A stretch of DNA of 64,000 nt from Eledone cirrhosa (taxonomy: Eukaryota): NCBI GenBank assembly GCA_964016885.1, contig OZ024748.1, positions 15,004,001 through 15,068,000 of the forward strand, read 5' to 3'. The translations under genes were made by a program, and so were the position numbers. Under the pieces are notes generated by a model that saw nothing but the letters and a program-made list of their open reading frames with translations, searched no databases and was not told where the DNA came from. Positions within the stretch are counted from its first letter, which is position 1. Every line of letters starts with the position of its first letter. Positions 13,266 through 26,060 of this stretch are shown here, piece after piece.

Positions 13266-14034
13266 CACAATACATATATATATATATCAAGGAAAGTGGA
13301 CATTGTAATGACAATATATATACATATATATATGTATATATGCACACAAGATTATCTAAGAGAGTCTTGCTGTGTATAAGTGTGTATCTACAATACGTTC
13401 TTTCTCTAATTCCCTCTACCTCACCCCTCTCTCTCTCTATTTCTCTCTCCCTCATGCAATCCTGATTTATAGTCACAATAATGATATTGTTAATTCCATC
13501 AGAATAACTAGAAAAAACATAATGGAACAATATAACAGGGAAATATAATAGGGAAGTCTACTAGGAAAGTATATCATTATCATAATAATTGTTGTTTGCC
13601 AGATTTCCACACTGGTAAGGGTTGGACAGGTTGTCACAATCTGAAGCTAGACTGGTCAGGTGAATATGTCTTGCTCTGACATTAGGAGTGTGACAAATAA
13701 CATAAAACAATCTGAAACCACTCAAAGTTATATAAGTGTCTACTGATGAAACTTCATTTTTGTGTCACCACTTGTTTTGATGATGTGTTACTAAACATCA
13801 CTAATGTTAAGGTGAGCTTATCAAAAACACATTTATTATATGGTAACAGAGACTTTGCTTTCTCTTTCTCTCTAGAGAGAGATTCTCTGGTGCTAAGACG
13901 AGGAGACCTCTAATCATGGGAGTACTCAATGCATGGGGAGATGCAGAGCGAGTATAGAGATATGTAAAATCATGACAGTAGCACCGAGTGGTTTAGGTTA
14001 TTTATTTATCAATTTGGAGGAAGGAGAAAGTCAA

Positions 14035-14187
14035 TTAAATCAACACGAGTGCATTACTGGTACTTTATTTTATAAACCCTTTAAGGATGAAAGCCAAAGC
14101 TAACCTGGTTGGTATTTGAATTTAGAACGTAAAGAGCCATAACTCTATGCCACAAAGCTCTACTGATAGTGACAATCCACCGCCCTT
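14035..14187 (-). mobile_element. SINE family A, diverged
   Basis: gtgcattactggtactttatttt...aaggatgaaag...atttgaatttagaacgtaaag...caatccaccgccc. Confidence 0.8.
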
Positions 14188-16109
14188 GTAAAAAATAATA
14201 ATGAAATAATTAAAGTGTTACGATAATATCAAGTAAAGAACAAATATGTCTCATACCATTACATATCTTTATATGCACCTCTGCATTTCTATTCATGCAG
14301 AAATACATTATACTATACTATACTATACTATACTATACTATATAAATGTCAGTTCTTCAAATAGTAGAAATCATACCAAATATAAACAAAATATTTGAGT
14401 ACATGGAAGCTATGAAAAGATTCAACAACTGAAACTTCTAGATGTTTTACAGCTTCCATTGTTTCCTATTTTTCTTTTCTTTTTCATTTTCTTATGCGTA
14501 ATCTGCCTCCCATTGGGCTTCAATATTTGAAATTTTTTATTTCTATTTTATTTTATTTTATTTCTTAATTGTTTTTATTATTATTACTTGTCTCACTAGC
14601 TCTTATTGATTACTAACTGTAAGGAGTGCTCAATACTTCCCTTAGACTATCATAGCTTACTAGCTCTATACAGGCGTTTGAATTGATTAAATAAATAAAT
14701 AAATAAATAAACATAATTATCTCCTTCAATTGTTTCAGCTTAAATACTAATCATCAGATTTGTCACTTAAATATATATCATAGTATATATTGATATTTGG
14801 GTCAATCACCAAATATCATCACACCACCACCACTGCTACTACTAACACCACATACCTCAACAATTGATACCATCATCACCCACACAACCAACCAGCACTG
14901 CTACCACAACTACTACCTCCACAACTTCACCCAGCAGCAACACCACCACCACCACAACCACCACTACTACCTCCAACTGCAACCATTATCAACTACTACC
15001 ATTATACCCTCTCTACTGTATCCACTAGCACCATCGCCACCACCACCTCTGACACCTTATGCTCTCAGACAATATCATTATAAAATTAGTAAAAACAACA
15101 GCAACAACGAAACCAAACAACTAAATACTAACCAATAATAAACAGTGATTACACTATCTTTTGAACTTGGTAGTTTGTTGATCTTGAAGGCTTTATGACT
15201 AATTAAGAATTCATTATGAAATATGTCTGATGTTTGCAAATATCTAGTGGGCAATTTCTATTTTATGTGCAGTTTTTTTCTTTCCTCTCTTGTTTTATTA
15301 TTTTATCTTTGAAGTTTAAGAAATATCTCTGGTTTTTATGATGTAAAACTGAAAGTAAGCCAGTCACAATTAAATAGAACATGTGATATCAATTATTAAG
15401 ATACCCTTTCATCTCATCTCTGCAAACATAAAAGGACATTTAAGGGTGAGACATAGTTTTAAATGGAGTTATAGGCTTTTTCTTTATTATATTAAATATA
15501 TATGTAATAATTCATGGGGTGGAGGAGAAGGGTTACAGTAGTTCAATATATTGACATTGCAACTTGACTAGCATTTATTTTATTGAACCCCTACTGTCCA
15601 ATCCTTGCAAAAGATGACAGTAGGTGGAGTAGAGAATACATTTTAACCCTTTTAATACTGACCTACCCAAAATCAGTTTCGGTTCTATGAAATAAAACCA
15701 CCCAATAAAATTACAATTTTCGAATATAATGTTATATAAAAACTATATATTTAGTTAAGTTACTAGCTTAATAATAAAATTAATGATAATGTTAGTATAA
15801 TCTGTAAAATTCTTCTTTTACTTCACATAGTTATTCCTGGGAGGGTCATGCAGGCAGAGGCCTCACACACATTCCAGAGGATTCTATCAGAAGCAAATGT
15901 CTCCAATTAATCAGACTGAGAATTTTGAGAAAAAGTTGCTACTTCTGTATACCTCATATATTTATACAATGTTTGCTGTGTGTAATTTGTTTTTCTTTAT
16001 TAACGAATTGCCAAGATCCCAGAACAGATTCGCTTACTGAGTAAGGTGGAACACTTCTGATCAGACCAAGGAAACAATTTTGCCAGTGGTGTTTCCAATT
16101 GATGATACA

Positions 16110-16236
16110 CTATCTACTGATCAAAACTCCTGGCAGGAGGAGCGACATGAAATAAAGTGTCTTGCCTCACCCGGCCCAGGAATCAAACTCACTACTGCAT
16201 GATTGTGAATGTAATCCCTAACCACTAAACCATGCA
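16110..16236 (-). mobile_element. SINE family B head (tRNA-like plus CORE-like)
   Basis: tgaaataaagtgtcttgc...ggaatcaaactc...ccctaaccactaaaccatg matches 53010-53113. Confidence 0.7.
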
Positions 16237-16904
16237 CCTTTTACCCACAATTATTCAGTAAATTTTATTTTATTTTATATAGGTTTTCTTGCCTTCTCTG
16301 TTTTATTGTTTCATGTTTGAACTTTATCATTTATCACCCAGAAAATGTCTAAAAACTAGTTTGTTAATTCAAATCTTTATAGTATCTTTACTAATAGACA
16401 GAAAGGTCAACGTGAACATTTGTAGAAAACTAAACGAAACTAAAGACATTTTTTTAATGTGATGCAATTATAGGGCTGTTTTGTACTTTTCAAGAATATC
16501 TTGCTAATGTAGTTTCATGTCATACAGGTCATTAACAGTTAAAAAATGTCTGTTTTTATGTTGTAAAACTGAAAGTAAGCCAGTCAATATTGAATACAAA
16601 TGACATCAATTATTTTAATGTCCTTTCCTCTCATTTCTGCAGACATAATAGGACATTTAGGGATGAGATATAGTTTTAAATGGTGATTTTCACTTTTATA
16701 TTTTATATTAATGTTAAAATGTATATGTAATAATTCATTGGGTAGGAAGGCTTACTATAGTTTGTTACATAATAGGGACCTTACTAATTAACTGCTGTTT
16801 ATTATATTGAATATAACACCCACACAGACACACAAATATATAGATGCACACATATGTGTGATAGGAAAGCCATCCTGCAGTCAAAAGCTTAACAAACAAA
16901 GGAT

Positions 16905-17100
16905 TGTCAGGACTCTTTAGTTGTGTCAAAGATACAACAACCTCTCCTAAGCACTCAGTAGAATGTGAGAGTGTATGTAAGTGAGACATAGATCCCTGAT
17001 ATGTCGGAGATCAGTAGCCTTGCTTTAGTACTGACCTGGTCTATGTAGACCAATAAAACCCTTGCTAGCAGGAGAAGCAAATATTAAAACAATGGTGATG
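16905..17100 (+). mobile_element. RTE-related 3' UTR fragment
   Basis: Homologous to 51205-51540 (ggactc..agttgtgtcaaa, actcagtagaatgtgaga, agatccctga, acccttgctagcagg); ends in a GAT-type tail. Confidence 0.6.
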
Positions 17101-17102
17101 TT

Positions 17103-17165
17103 ATATCTATATCTATATATATCTATATATATATCTATCTATCTATCTATATCTATATATATCTA

Positions 17166-17250
<85 letters not shown>

Positions 17251-17265
17251 TTCATCATCATCATC
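17103..17265. repeat. (ATCT)n followed by (CAT)n microsatellites
   Basis: Directly visible; the (CAT)n is the tail of a minus-strand RTE-type end (gtttaatgtccattttccacgctagcatg). Confidence 0.9.
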
Positions 17266-18719
17266 GTTTAATGTCCATTTTCCACGCTAGCATGTAATAT
17301 ATATATATATATATATATATACATACACACAGTTATTCTATTCATATACAGAGAGAGAGAGAGAGTGAGAGAGAGAGTATGTGGTGCTGAGACCACTAAT
17401 CCTGGCTGGGAGTACTCAATGCATGGGGAGATATGGAGTGGGTATAGACAAGTGTAAAATCCTGACCAGAGCACCAAATGGAAACCACTTGGTATTGCAG
17501 TCAGGAATTTACATCACACACACATATATATATTAATATATATATATACATACACACACAGAGACACATATCTGATCTTGTCATGAGTTGGAGAGGCCAT
17601 TATGGTCCACAACTAGAGTGGTCAGGAACCACATCTTGACACTTATGTTTTATATTTAACATTGTTTCATTAAAATCTCTCTGGGAATATCATCCTTTTA
17701 CTACATGTTTCTCCACCAAACCACACACTTTTCTCTCTTTTTTTTCACCTCCTCTGAAACATCTTTCAAATTATACCATGTCAAATAAAAAAAAGGGTAG
17801 ATATTTTCATTTTACAAACAAACTATCAGCAATTCAAATAACAACTCCCTCCCTAGATACACATATTTGAGCTAGTTGTTTTCAAAAACTTTCATGTTTT
17901 CCCCTGCTCCAATACATATTCACAATATACTAGCTATATTCTCTTTAGACTGGTTTATACATATTATACCAATACACTCTCTTCTCCCTGGTTTATTTTC
18001 TAACTTAGATAAGAGAATATAATGACCAAACTGTTCATTTACATATGCTTCTTTTCAACATTATTTCAAATCTATGGAAAAAATCTGGTGAATAAAAAGA
18101 AGCAGCGAGGAGGAGGAAAAAAACATTAAATCAAACAGTGGTTTCTTCCTTTATGATAAAACAAGAGCTTTTTTAATTTTTATTTATAGGGTTAGTTCAC
18201 CTCTTTCACCTCCAGGCTCCTCACACTATTTTTGTTTTATTTAAAAGACACTGTGTCCATCCAGTTCACTTAGATTTAACAAAAATATTATCAATAAAAG
18301 GCATCAGCTGTTCTTATTTAAATTCTCAAGATATATCAGCTTCCTTCTTATTCTTTTGTTTATTCTTTTATTTGTATTCATTTTTGTGTTTTTCCCTTCA
18401 ATTTTCACTCAATATTTTGCTACAGAGATGTTGCTAGATGCTCCCCAAAATTTCCATCCCTACCCATGCGCTATCTAATTTCAAGTTTAAACAAATCAGA
18501 GCTGTCTTATCATGTTGTCTGTTTAAAAATGTGAGATAATCTAAATTTGTATTAAACGTGTTAGTGTAAATGAGAACTACTGGAAAAGTACAAGAAACTA
18601 ACCTAAAGACTTCCTTCTGCTGTTATCAACTGGAATCAAAGAGAAACCAAAACAATCATTAAACAAGGTATATGCAACAGGCTTTTACACACAGACATGT
18701 GTATGTGCATGAATGTATG

Positions 18720-18756
<37 letters not shown>

Positions 18757-19544
18757 TAAAATAACAGATTAAAGTTTAAGCAAAGAATCGCTGCTTTCAC
18801 CCTTAACTGGATCTTCTGAAACTAACAAAGTCAATCTGTAAATGCAGAAGTGGATATTTCAAAAAACGTTGCAACCGGAGGAAGACAGGAAGACGATACT
18901 TTGGTTCGTGGAAACGTTCCCTGGCAAAGAATGGGAAACAACGAATATAATACGTCATTAATAGGAGCGGTGAAAAACAATTACGCGCAAAGACAGAACC
19001 ACGTTTATGGTATAAAAGAGGTCGTAGACTAATGTTCTCTTAGGTGGTTCATAGAGACGTTCTCTGGCAATATTTGCTCTACAGTTCTTATATATTTGAT
19101 ATATATTTATCCTTATCGAGCCCTCTTTGGATTTTAGTCTTCAAATTTATTATTATTACTATTATATATATATATATATGCCAGAATGGGTTAGATGAGC
19201 TGTGCCATTGTGAGGCACTTTTTGTTGTGTCACTATCATGATATATAACCATATATATATATCAGGAGATGACCACAGTTAAAGAAGTTACTCAATACAT
19301 TAGTAGCAGATAAGCATATTTATTCGATTATAGAAATGTAGTTCTACATACCTAGAACTATTTCATTCACACAAAATCATCAGTTCTGATCCTTTCTTAT
19401 GAATGAAACAGTTCTAATCCTGTAGAAATCATTTCTATAATAATATATCATCATCATCTACATTTAACATCCATTTTTCCATGCTACCTTGATATATATA
19501 TATAAAATGCAAAAGTATGAATACCATTGCCTGTGTCTGCTGTT

Positions 19545-19970
19545 GTGACATTACCATTAAGGCCAACTAGGCTGTTGCCTAGGCCACAGACCTCAGGGAA
19601 GCAAATTACTAAGCTTTAATGGACCACAATCTTGCACAAATTTGTATAATTAAATAAAATATATAATAATTTCTTGGGACTAATCAATAAATCACTAAAC
19701 ACCTTTGCTGTATAGCAACATTGTGGAAATATCCAAAGCAATGAAGAGAGCTGTATAGTGTTACAACTTCACATGATTTGGCATAGGTGAGTGTAGACTG
19801 TGTAGTGAAAAATTCAGGCTTAATGATTTTCTTTGTGTGGTATGAGCACAAAGTGTCAAAAACTAGATTCATCAGCTTGCTAAAGTGAGAGTTGAAATTA
19901 TTTTATTTTGGAAAATGGGGCAAAAATTGTAGAGCAAGCCTAGGGCACTAAATACCCAGGTCCCAGTTGC
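19545..19970. mobile_element. Probable degenerate hAT-type non-autonomous DNA element
   Basis: GC-richer ends with repeated gcctagg motifs (ttaccattaaggccaactaggctgttgcctaggcc...gcctagggcactaaatacccaggtcc) around an AT-rich core; TIRs decayed. Confidence 0.45.
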
Positions 19971-21015
19971 GTATACTGGTGAAATTATGAATACCACTGT
20001 TGCCTGACATTGGTGTAAAATACTACACTAAATGTTTGATTTACAATTAGAGCCAGTTGTTGTTGAATGTGTATATATATGTGTTTGTGGCCAACAGCAG
20101 CCTTAGCTGTTAATTGCATTAATTATTGAATATAAAACATGCTTCTGTAGTATGTATGAGAAGCTAATTGTGTGGAGAACTGTGGCTGAATTAAAAACTG
20201 AAAATAAATGTGTCAAAAATAAATATATTTTACATAATAAATAAAGAGTTTTATTTGTTAATTTATCTGTTTGGTTTATTTTTTTTTATTTTTTATTTTT
20301 GAAGAAATTAATTTGAAAACTTGCTGGAATTAGATTTAGTTTTAATTTGAATACGCTTGATAGATGCATGGAAATATAATATTTTTGATGGATGGATGAA
20401 ATGTGAAATGTTGTTAACGCATGTAGCAAGTGAAAATATAGAAGAAATTATTATTTTCCATAACGAGATGAAGTGTTAATTATAGATAACGAATTACAGA
20501 GGATGCTTTGAAATATTCTAGTATGATTACAGAGAGAGTAAGGTGAGGAAATTATATGTAAACCTAGTGCAGAATTTATTCTAATTAGATGTCTTTACAA
20601 ACCAAAAAAAAAAAAATAGTTCAAATATTAAAATAGAAACAGTCTAATACTGCAAGACAGAACATAATTGAACAACTTGAGTTGATAGAAGACCTTGCGA
20701 GTTCAAATTAAACTCTAGTGTCCAATAACAAAATCATATTCATGGATATTTCTTTCACAAGAATTATTGCCAGCTAAGAAACTGATATCTTTCCAGATGT
20801 TTCTGATCTACTACAGGATGTTATCTCAGTAAATGCTCTGGTTTTAGGCCTTCTTGTCTTCACAGACAATGTAGAGGTTGACAGGATGATCTCATTGTCA
20901 AATGATTAGCCCTAGCAATTGGTACTTAGATTAAATTTAAACTCAGAAGGTACAGAGTCAGAACTGAGATCAGAATGCATGTTAACAATTCTGACCATCC
21001 AATTCTGCCAATCCT

Positions 21016-21064
<49 letters not shown>

Positions 21065-21499
21065 GGCTTCTTTGCAGTTTCCATCTACCAAATTTCTCTC
21101 ACAAGGCATTAGAATTAGAGTCAAGGACATTAAATATTACCATACCAAGTAGTACTGATAAATAGTTGTTTCTACTTTTGGCACAAGGCCAGCAATTATT
21201 CCAGTGTATTGATAAATAGTACCATGTTATCTAACATGAAATAGTTTCAAAGCAAATTTACCATCAGAACGGTGAAGCAAGATATGTTGACCTTAGCATG
21301 GCCTTAATTAAATATTATCAATTAGTTGGGTTATTAGTGAGACTAATTTTTCTGTATAAAATTATTAAGTCTGTGAAATTAGAAGTCAGATAGAGCTGTA
21401 GGAAAAAATTACTGCTTTTGATAAAGAGAAAGAAAAACTGACAAAAATGAATGTTGGAAATGAGTGTTGAATGCAGAGTACATAAACAGTGAAGTTGCA

Positions 21500-21800
21500 G
21501 AATAGTGAAGGTGTGTTGACTAATGGTTAGGGTGTTGGACTTACGATCATAATGATGTGGGTTTGATTCTTGGACAGGGTTGTGTGTTGTGTTGTGTACT
21601 TGAGCAAAACACTTCATTTCACATTGTTCCAGTATACTCAGCTAAAAATGAGTACCAGCAATAACTGGGGGTTTAAACTTGCAATGGATTAGTGTTCTGT
21701 CCAGGGAAGAGGAGTCTTGTACTCTCAGTTACTTAATGCCATAGAAAGTGGGATAAGTACTGGCCTGATGAGCCTCCAAGCCAGTGACAAACTTTAGACC
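21500..21800 (+). mobile_element. SINE family B (tRNA head, CORE-like domain, alternative tail)
   Basis: taatggttagggtgttggac...gggtttgattc...cttgagcaaaacactt...ccagtatactcagctaaaaatgagtacc...gggataagtactggcctgatgagcc. Confidence 0.8.
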
Positions 21801-21806
21801 TTAAAG

Positions 21807-21981
21807 CAGGGTTTCCCAAAAATGTGGAACGCTTTTTGGTTCAGAAACGTTTTGGTTTTTGAAAATCTAATACTGTTATAGGGTCATAATATAATTATAC
21901 TCCTCTACTTTTTTTCACAGAACCCAAGGTATTCTTTTGCGGAACCCCTCGGTTTTGCAGAACCCACTTTGGGAACCACTG
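21807..21981. mobile_element. hAT (Charlie-like) MITE
   Basis: TIRs cagggtttcccaaa / tttgggaaccactg; 8-bp TSD ccttaaag (21799-21806) and ccttagag (21982-21989). Confidence 0.85.
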
Positions 21982-22974
21982 CCTTAGAGAAAGTAATGAG
22001 GATGTTGGGTTGAATTTCTTGATATTTGTTCCAGTTCACTGCATGCTGGGTTCATATCATGAAAGGGTCAATTTTGCTTTTTATCATCCTAGGATCAATA
22101 AATAAATAAAATAACAGTCCACTCCAGTCCTGTCCAGGATCAGTGGAATTGTTAAAGTGTCAGATACGATGCTTTGGTATCTGATCTAGTTCTGTGCATT
22201 CTGAGAGTAAATATAAACCTTACATTCTTCTGCTAGAAGCTGCAACCAACAGAAAGTACCAGCCTGCAATAGATATGGTGACTCATGCAGTAAGAAGCCA
22301 TAAAAAAAAGACGTTAGTCTTATCACAAGTTTACAATTTTTCATTTGGAAATCTGTTTTGGGTGTTACTATCAAAGATCATTGATGAAGTTTGCCTGTTT
22401 ACAATCAACATCACCACTACCACCATTTTACCTTCACACAAGACTGAAAGTTTGTTTAATTGGCAGAACAAGTATTTACATGTATAATCAATACAAGTGT
22501 TAAAAGGTAAGACATAGATGAATAAAAAGTGCTAAAGAAAAACTTTGAATTGGAAAGTTACTAGATAGTTGTATGCCAAGTCAAAATAATTGTGTGAGTG
22601 TGTGTGTTTGTGTGTGCATGCATGTGCATGGGCGTGTGTGTTTGTGGGACGTATTTCTTCTTGACTGCTCTAGTATCTATCTTACAATGAATTTACCATA
22701 TTTCCCATGAAAGATATAACCTGTGATTTTCAGATCAAGGGTTTAATAAAACAACCAACTTTCTTGTTATTATGCTGATGTTTGAAACATAACTTGACAA
22801 AGGTTCTTACATAAAATGATAATAGGTTTCTAGATAGATATAAACACTTTAACATTTTCATTATCATATTCAACACTGACAACGATTTCCAACTAATTTT
22901 TAATATAATCAAGATTTTGTAAGGATTTAGTAATATAACCAGCTGGTGTTTTGAACATAACTTAACACAGGTTA

Positions 22975-23160
22975 TAGTGGATTTGCAGTATCGGTAGAGG
23001 GTCGGACGCCATGCTTTCCAGCGTAGTTACGTCCCTTTACGATCTGAGTTCAAATCCCGCCGAGGTTGACTTTGCCTTTCATCCTTGCGGGGTTGATAAA
23101 ATAAAGTACCAGTAATGCACTGGGTAATTGCTGGCCTTGTGCCTAAAGTAGAAACAATTA
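22975..23160 (+). mobile_element. SINE family A (young subfamily) inserted into a TTAA-MITE copy
   Basis: Nearly identical to the 28481 and 53511 copies; TTAA-MITE sequence flanks it on both sides (~22900-22975 and ~23160-23270). Confidence 0.9.
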
Positions 23161-23763
23161 TCTAAAATTATGATGATAGTTGTATTTTTAGATGAATATA
23201 AACACTAAACTGTTTTGTATCATAGAACCAGGGTCAGTTTCATGCAGTTTGTATCAAATGGGTCAAAGCTATACTAATACAGTGAAAGTATACCACAAAA
23301 ATGGAAGTAAAATATTGGTAATTGTGTGTGTTTGGGTAGGAGAGAGAAAAATGAAGAGGATGACTGTATGAGAAAGGCCAACATGAGGGAGAAAATGGTA
23401 GTGAGAGAGAGAGAATGTAGAAGGCCAGAGAGAGGGAAGTGGAGTGGATGAGAGAAAGAGAGATGGAGAAGGCCAGTGGAAGCAGTACATTTGATTCACC
23501 AAACTGGTCTGCTGTGGCTAATGGATTGTCATCATACATAAAACATAAAACAAGCAAGAAGAAGAAGAAACGGAATATTTTTCTATTTGATTACAGCAAC
23601 TATGATACGAAAAGAGAGAAACTTGCTGAAGGCTACTGTGAAAGTCAGTATTTCTTATTAAAGAAGACCAGTGTACCAAAATCTCTGCCATCTTTCTGGC
23701 TAAAATCCTGGCAATGTTCCACCAACCTTCAATGTTATTTTTCCTATTATTCCATTAATGCTG

Positions 23764-24143
23764 TGAAGAAGAAGAAGAAGAAGAAGAAGAAGAAGAAGAA
23801 GAAGAAGAAGAAGAAGAAGAAGAAGAAGGAGAAGAAGGAGAAGAAGAAGGAGAAGAAGAAGGAGAAGAAGAAGAAGGCGATCACCACCACACTCCACCCC
23901 ACCAACATTACCACAGCCACCATAATCCCTACTACTACAACCACCAAAACTACTATATCCACAACCACCACCACCACAACGACTACTACAACAACCATCA
24001 CTACTAATACAATAACAACAGCAACCACTACTACTACTACTACTACTACAACCACCACAGCTACCACCACAAACACAACCACCACCTTCACTACTACTAC
24101 AACAATTACTACCGCTACTACTACTACCACCACTACTACTACT
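23764..24143. repeat. (GAA)n followed by degenerate (ACC/ACT/ACA)n trinucleotide tract
   Basis: Directly visible; explains the poly-K/poly-T ORF 23439-24149. Confidence 0.95.
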
Positions 24144-24534
24144 GAATAAATCACTTGTGTTAGTCATTAATTACTCAGTCATTTCAAATTAAAAAGATGA
24201 AAAGTAAATAAATAAAAATCAACAAACAAATCAACAAACCAACAAACAACAAAGCTAAAAAAAATAGCTAAGATTAGACAAAAAAAAGAACAGCAGAGAG
24301 AGACTGTTTTTCAGTTGTTCTTGTGTTTAACTTAATTTGTCGAACAACACTTGCTATTTTATGCCATCATTCAATTTATGTCCAATGAACTTTAGACTAG
24401 ACAAGAGAAATAACACTTTTTTTTTGTTTTTATCTTAATTTTTCTTTCCTTTTTCTTTTCCTGACAGCCTCAATTAAGAGTACAGCAATTACATTTAACC
24501 ACATTCCGTCTCAATAATTTCTTCCTATATCTAA

Positions 24535-25070
24535 CAGGCATGGCTGTGTGATTAAAGAACTCTGCTTCACAACCACAACCACGTGCTTTTGGACTCAGTC
24601 TCTGCTGTGGAGGCCTCATTACCAAAGTATCTTCTGCTATAGTCATGGTTTGATCAATACCTTCTAACTGACATGGATGTGTGGTTAAAGAACTCTACTT
24701 CACAACCACTTGTATGATTAAAGAACTTAGCATATATACTCTACTATAAGTCAATCTAAATATAAGCACACCCCACTATTTTCTTTCTGAGAAATAGGTG
24801 AAAGTCCAAACCCTGTTAATAAACCAAGGCAGCTAACCAACACATTGTTTAAATGAAGTATATAATCCAACCTCCCATTTTACCATCGATTTTTGGATCA
24901 CATATTCCTCGACTTATATTTGAGTATATACAGTAATTCACAACCATGTGGTTTTAGATTCAGTTCTTGTTGTGCAGACCTCTTTACCAACTTTCTTCTA
25001 CTATAGACAAGGTTTGAGCAATATTTTGCTTAACCTTGTGAGTGAAATTTGGTATAGAGAAACTACAAAA
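24535..25070 (+). mobile_element. Cluster of SINE family C heads; last copy interrupted by a MITE
   Basis: Three g(g/a)ttaaagaact heads (24550, 24683, 24717); the body resumes at ~24936 with ttcacaaccatgtgg...ccttgtgagtgaaatttggta. Confidence 0.75.
24730..24933. mobile_element. pogo/Tigger-like MITE
   Basis: Imperfect TIRs gcatatatactctactataagtcaa / tcgacttatatttgagtatatacag, with TA on both sides (24728-29 and 24934-35). Confidence 0.75.
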
Positions 25071-25904
25071 CCCCACCCATCTTCAAAGCATGAAAGGGAG
25101 ATGATGAAAGAACACAACAAATGAAGGAAAGCTGTGCTGGGAAAAACCCATCCAACTTATGCAAGATGGAAAAGCTGATGTAAAAGGATGATGATGATGA
25201 TAATATGTGTATCTAATTTAGATTAGGTACACTGTATATCTGCATGTCATAAGAATCAACTAAAAGCATTGGTGACAGTAAAGGACATATGGCTGTAGAA
25301 CTTTGTCTCAAAAAGTTACATCCAGTATGGAAAAGTCAATGAAAAAACGTTCATGATAATGTATATATCATGTATATATAATGTGTGTTTGTGTGTGTTT
25401 AAGTCTAGTAAATAGCAGTTTGACAATAAAAGCGGGAAGACCTATAAAATAGGTACTTAATTGAACAAATAAGTAATGGCATTGATATAATTGACTAAAA
25501 TCAGTAAAATAGTAGATGAGTAAAAGAGAATGAGGAGATGAGAGCAGTAAAATGAAAAATGAAATGAAGAAAATGAAAAAGCCAAAAGTCTTTGACAGAC
25601 TCAATTAAGATTTCAGCAATAATATTTAACCACATTAAAACTCAATAACTTCTTCACATCAAACAGTTGTTAGACCTCTATTGGTTACGAGGACAAGTGT
25701 TCTAATTGTTTGAACAATAAAAGAGTCTGCTAGTGAAATTAATGTGAAAATGACTGAGCATTCCACAAACACATATACCCTTAACATAGTTCTCAGGGAG
25801 ATTAAGTATGACACAGTGGCTGATCAGGCTGGCCCTTTGAATCACAGATATAACTCATTTTTGTCAGCTGACTGGAAACTAGTTTCATTGTTTTTATATT
25901 TGTT

Positions 25905-26060
25905 TTTCCACACTTGCATGAGTTAGCCAGGTCCTCTTCAGCATAGCATCTCTGCACTCACCACATTCCTTCATTATCTCCTCTCTCTGAGTTTCAGTGA
26001 TTTGAAACCAGCTCACACCACCTCTTCCCAGACCTTCCTTGCTTTACTTCTACTGCAGCT
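25905..26060 (-). mobile_element. RTE LINE 3'-end remnant
   Basis: Minus translation ...QRKVWEEVV*AG..LKL...CRDAMLKRT, then an RTE-type terminus; related to 46670-46760. Confidence 0.6.

Noticed and set aside
21760-21795. CTGATGA motif here and at ~59851 (minus)
   Set aside because: Part of a SINE tail; no correctly placed GAAA box.
23439-24149. 236-aa ORF with poly-K and poly-T (mucin-like)
   Set aside because: Length comes from (GAA)n and (ACN)n tracts; no recognisable domain or splice context.
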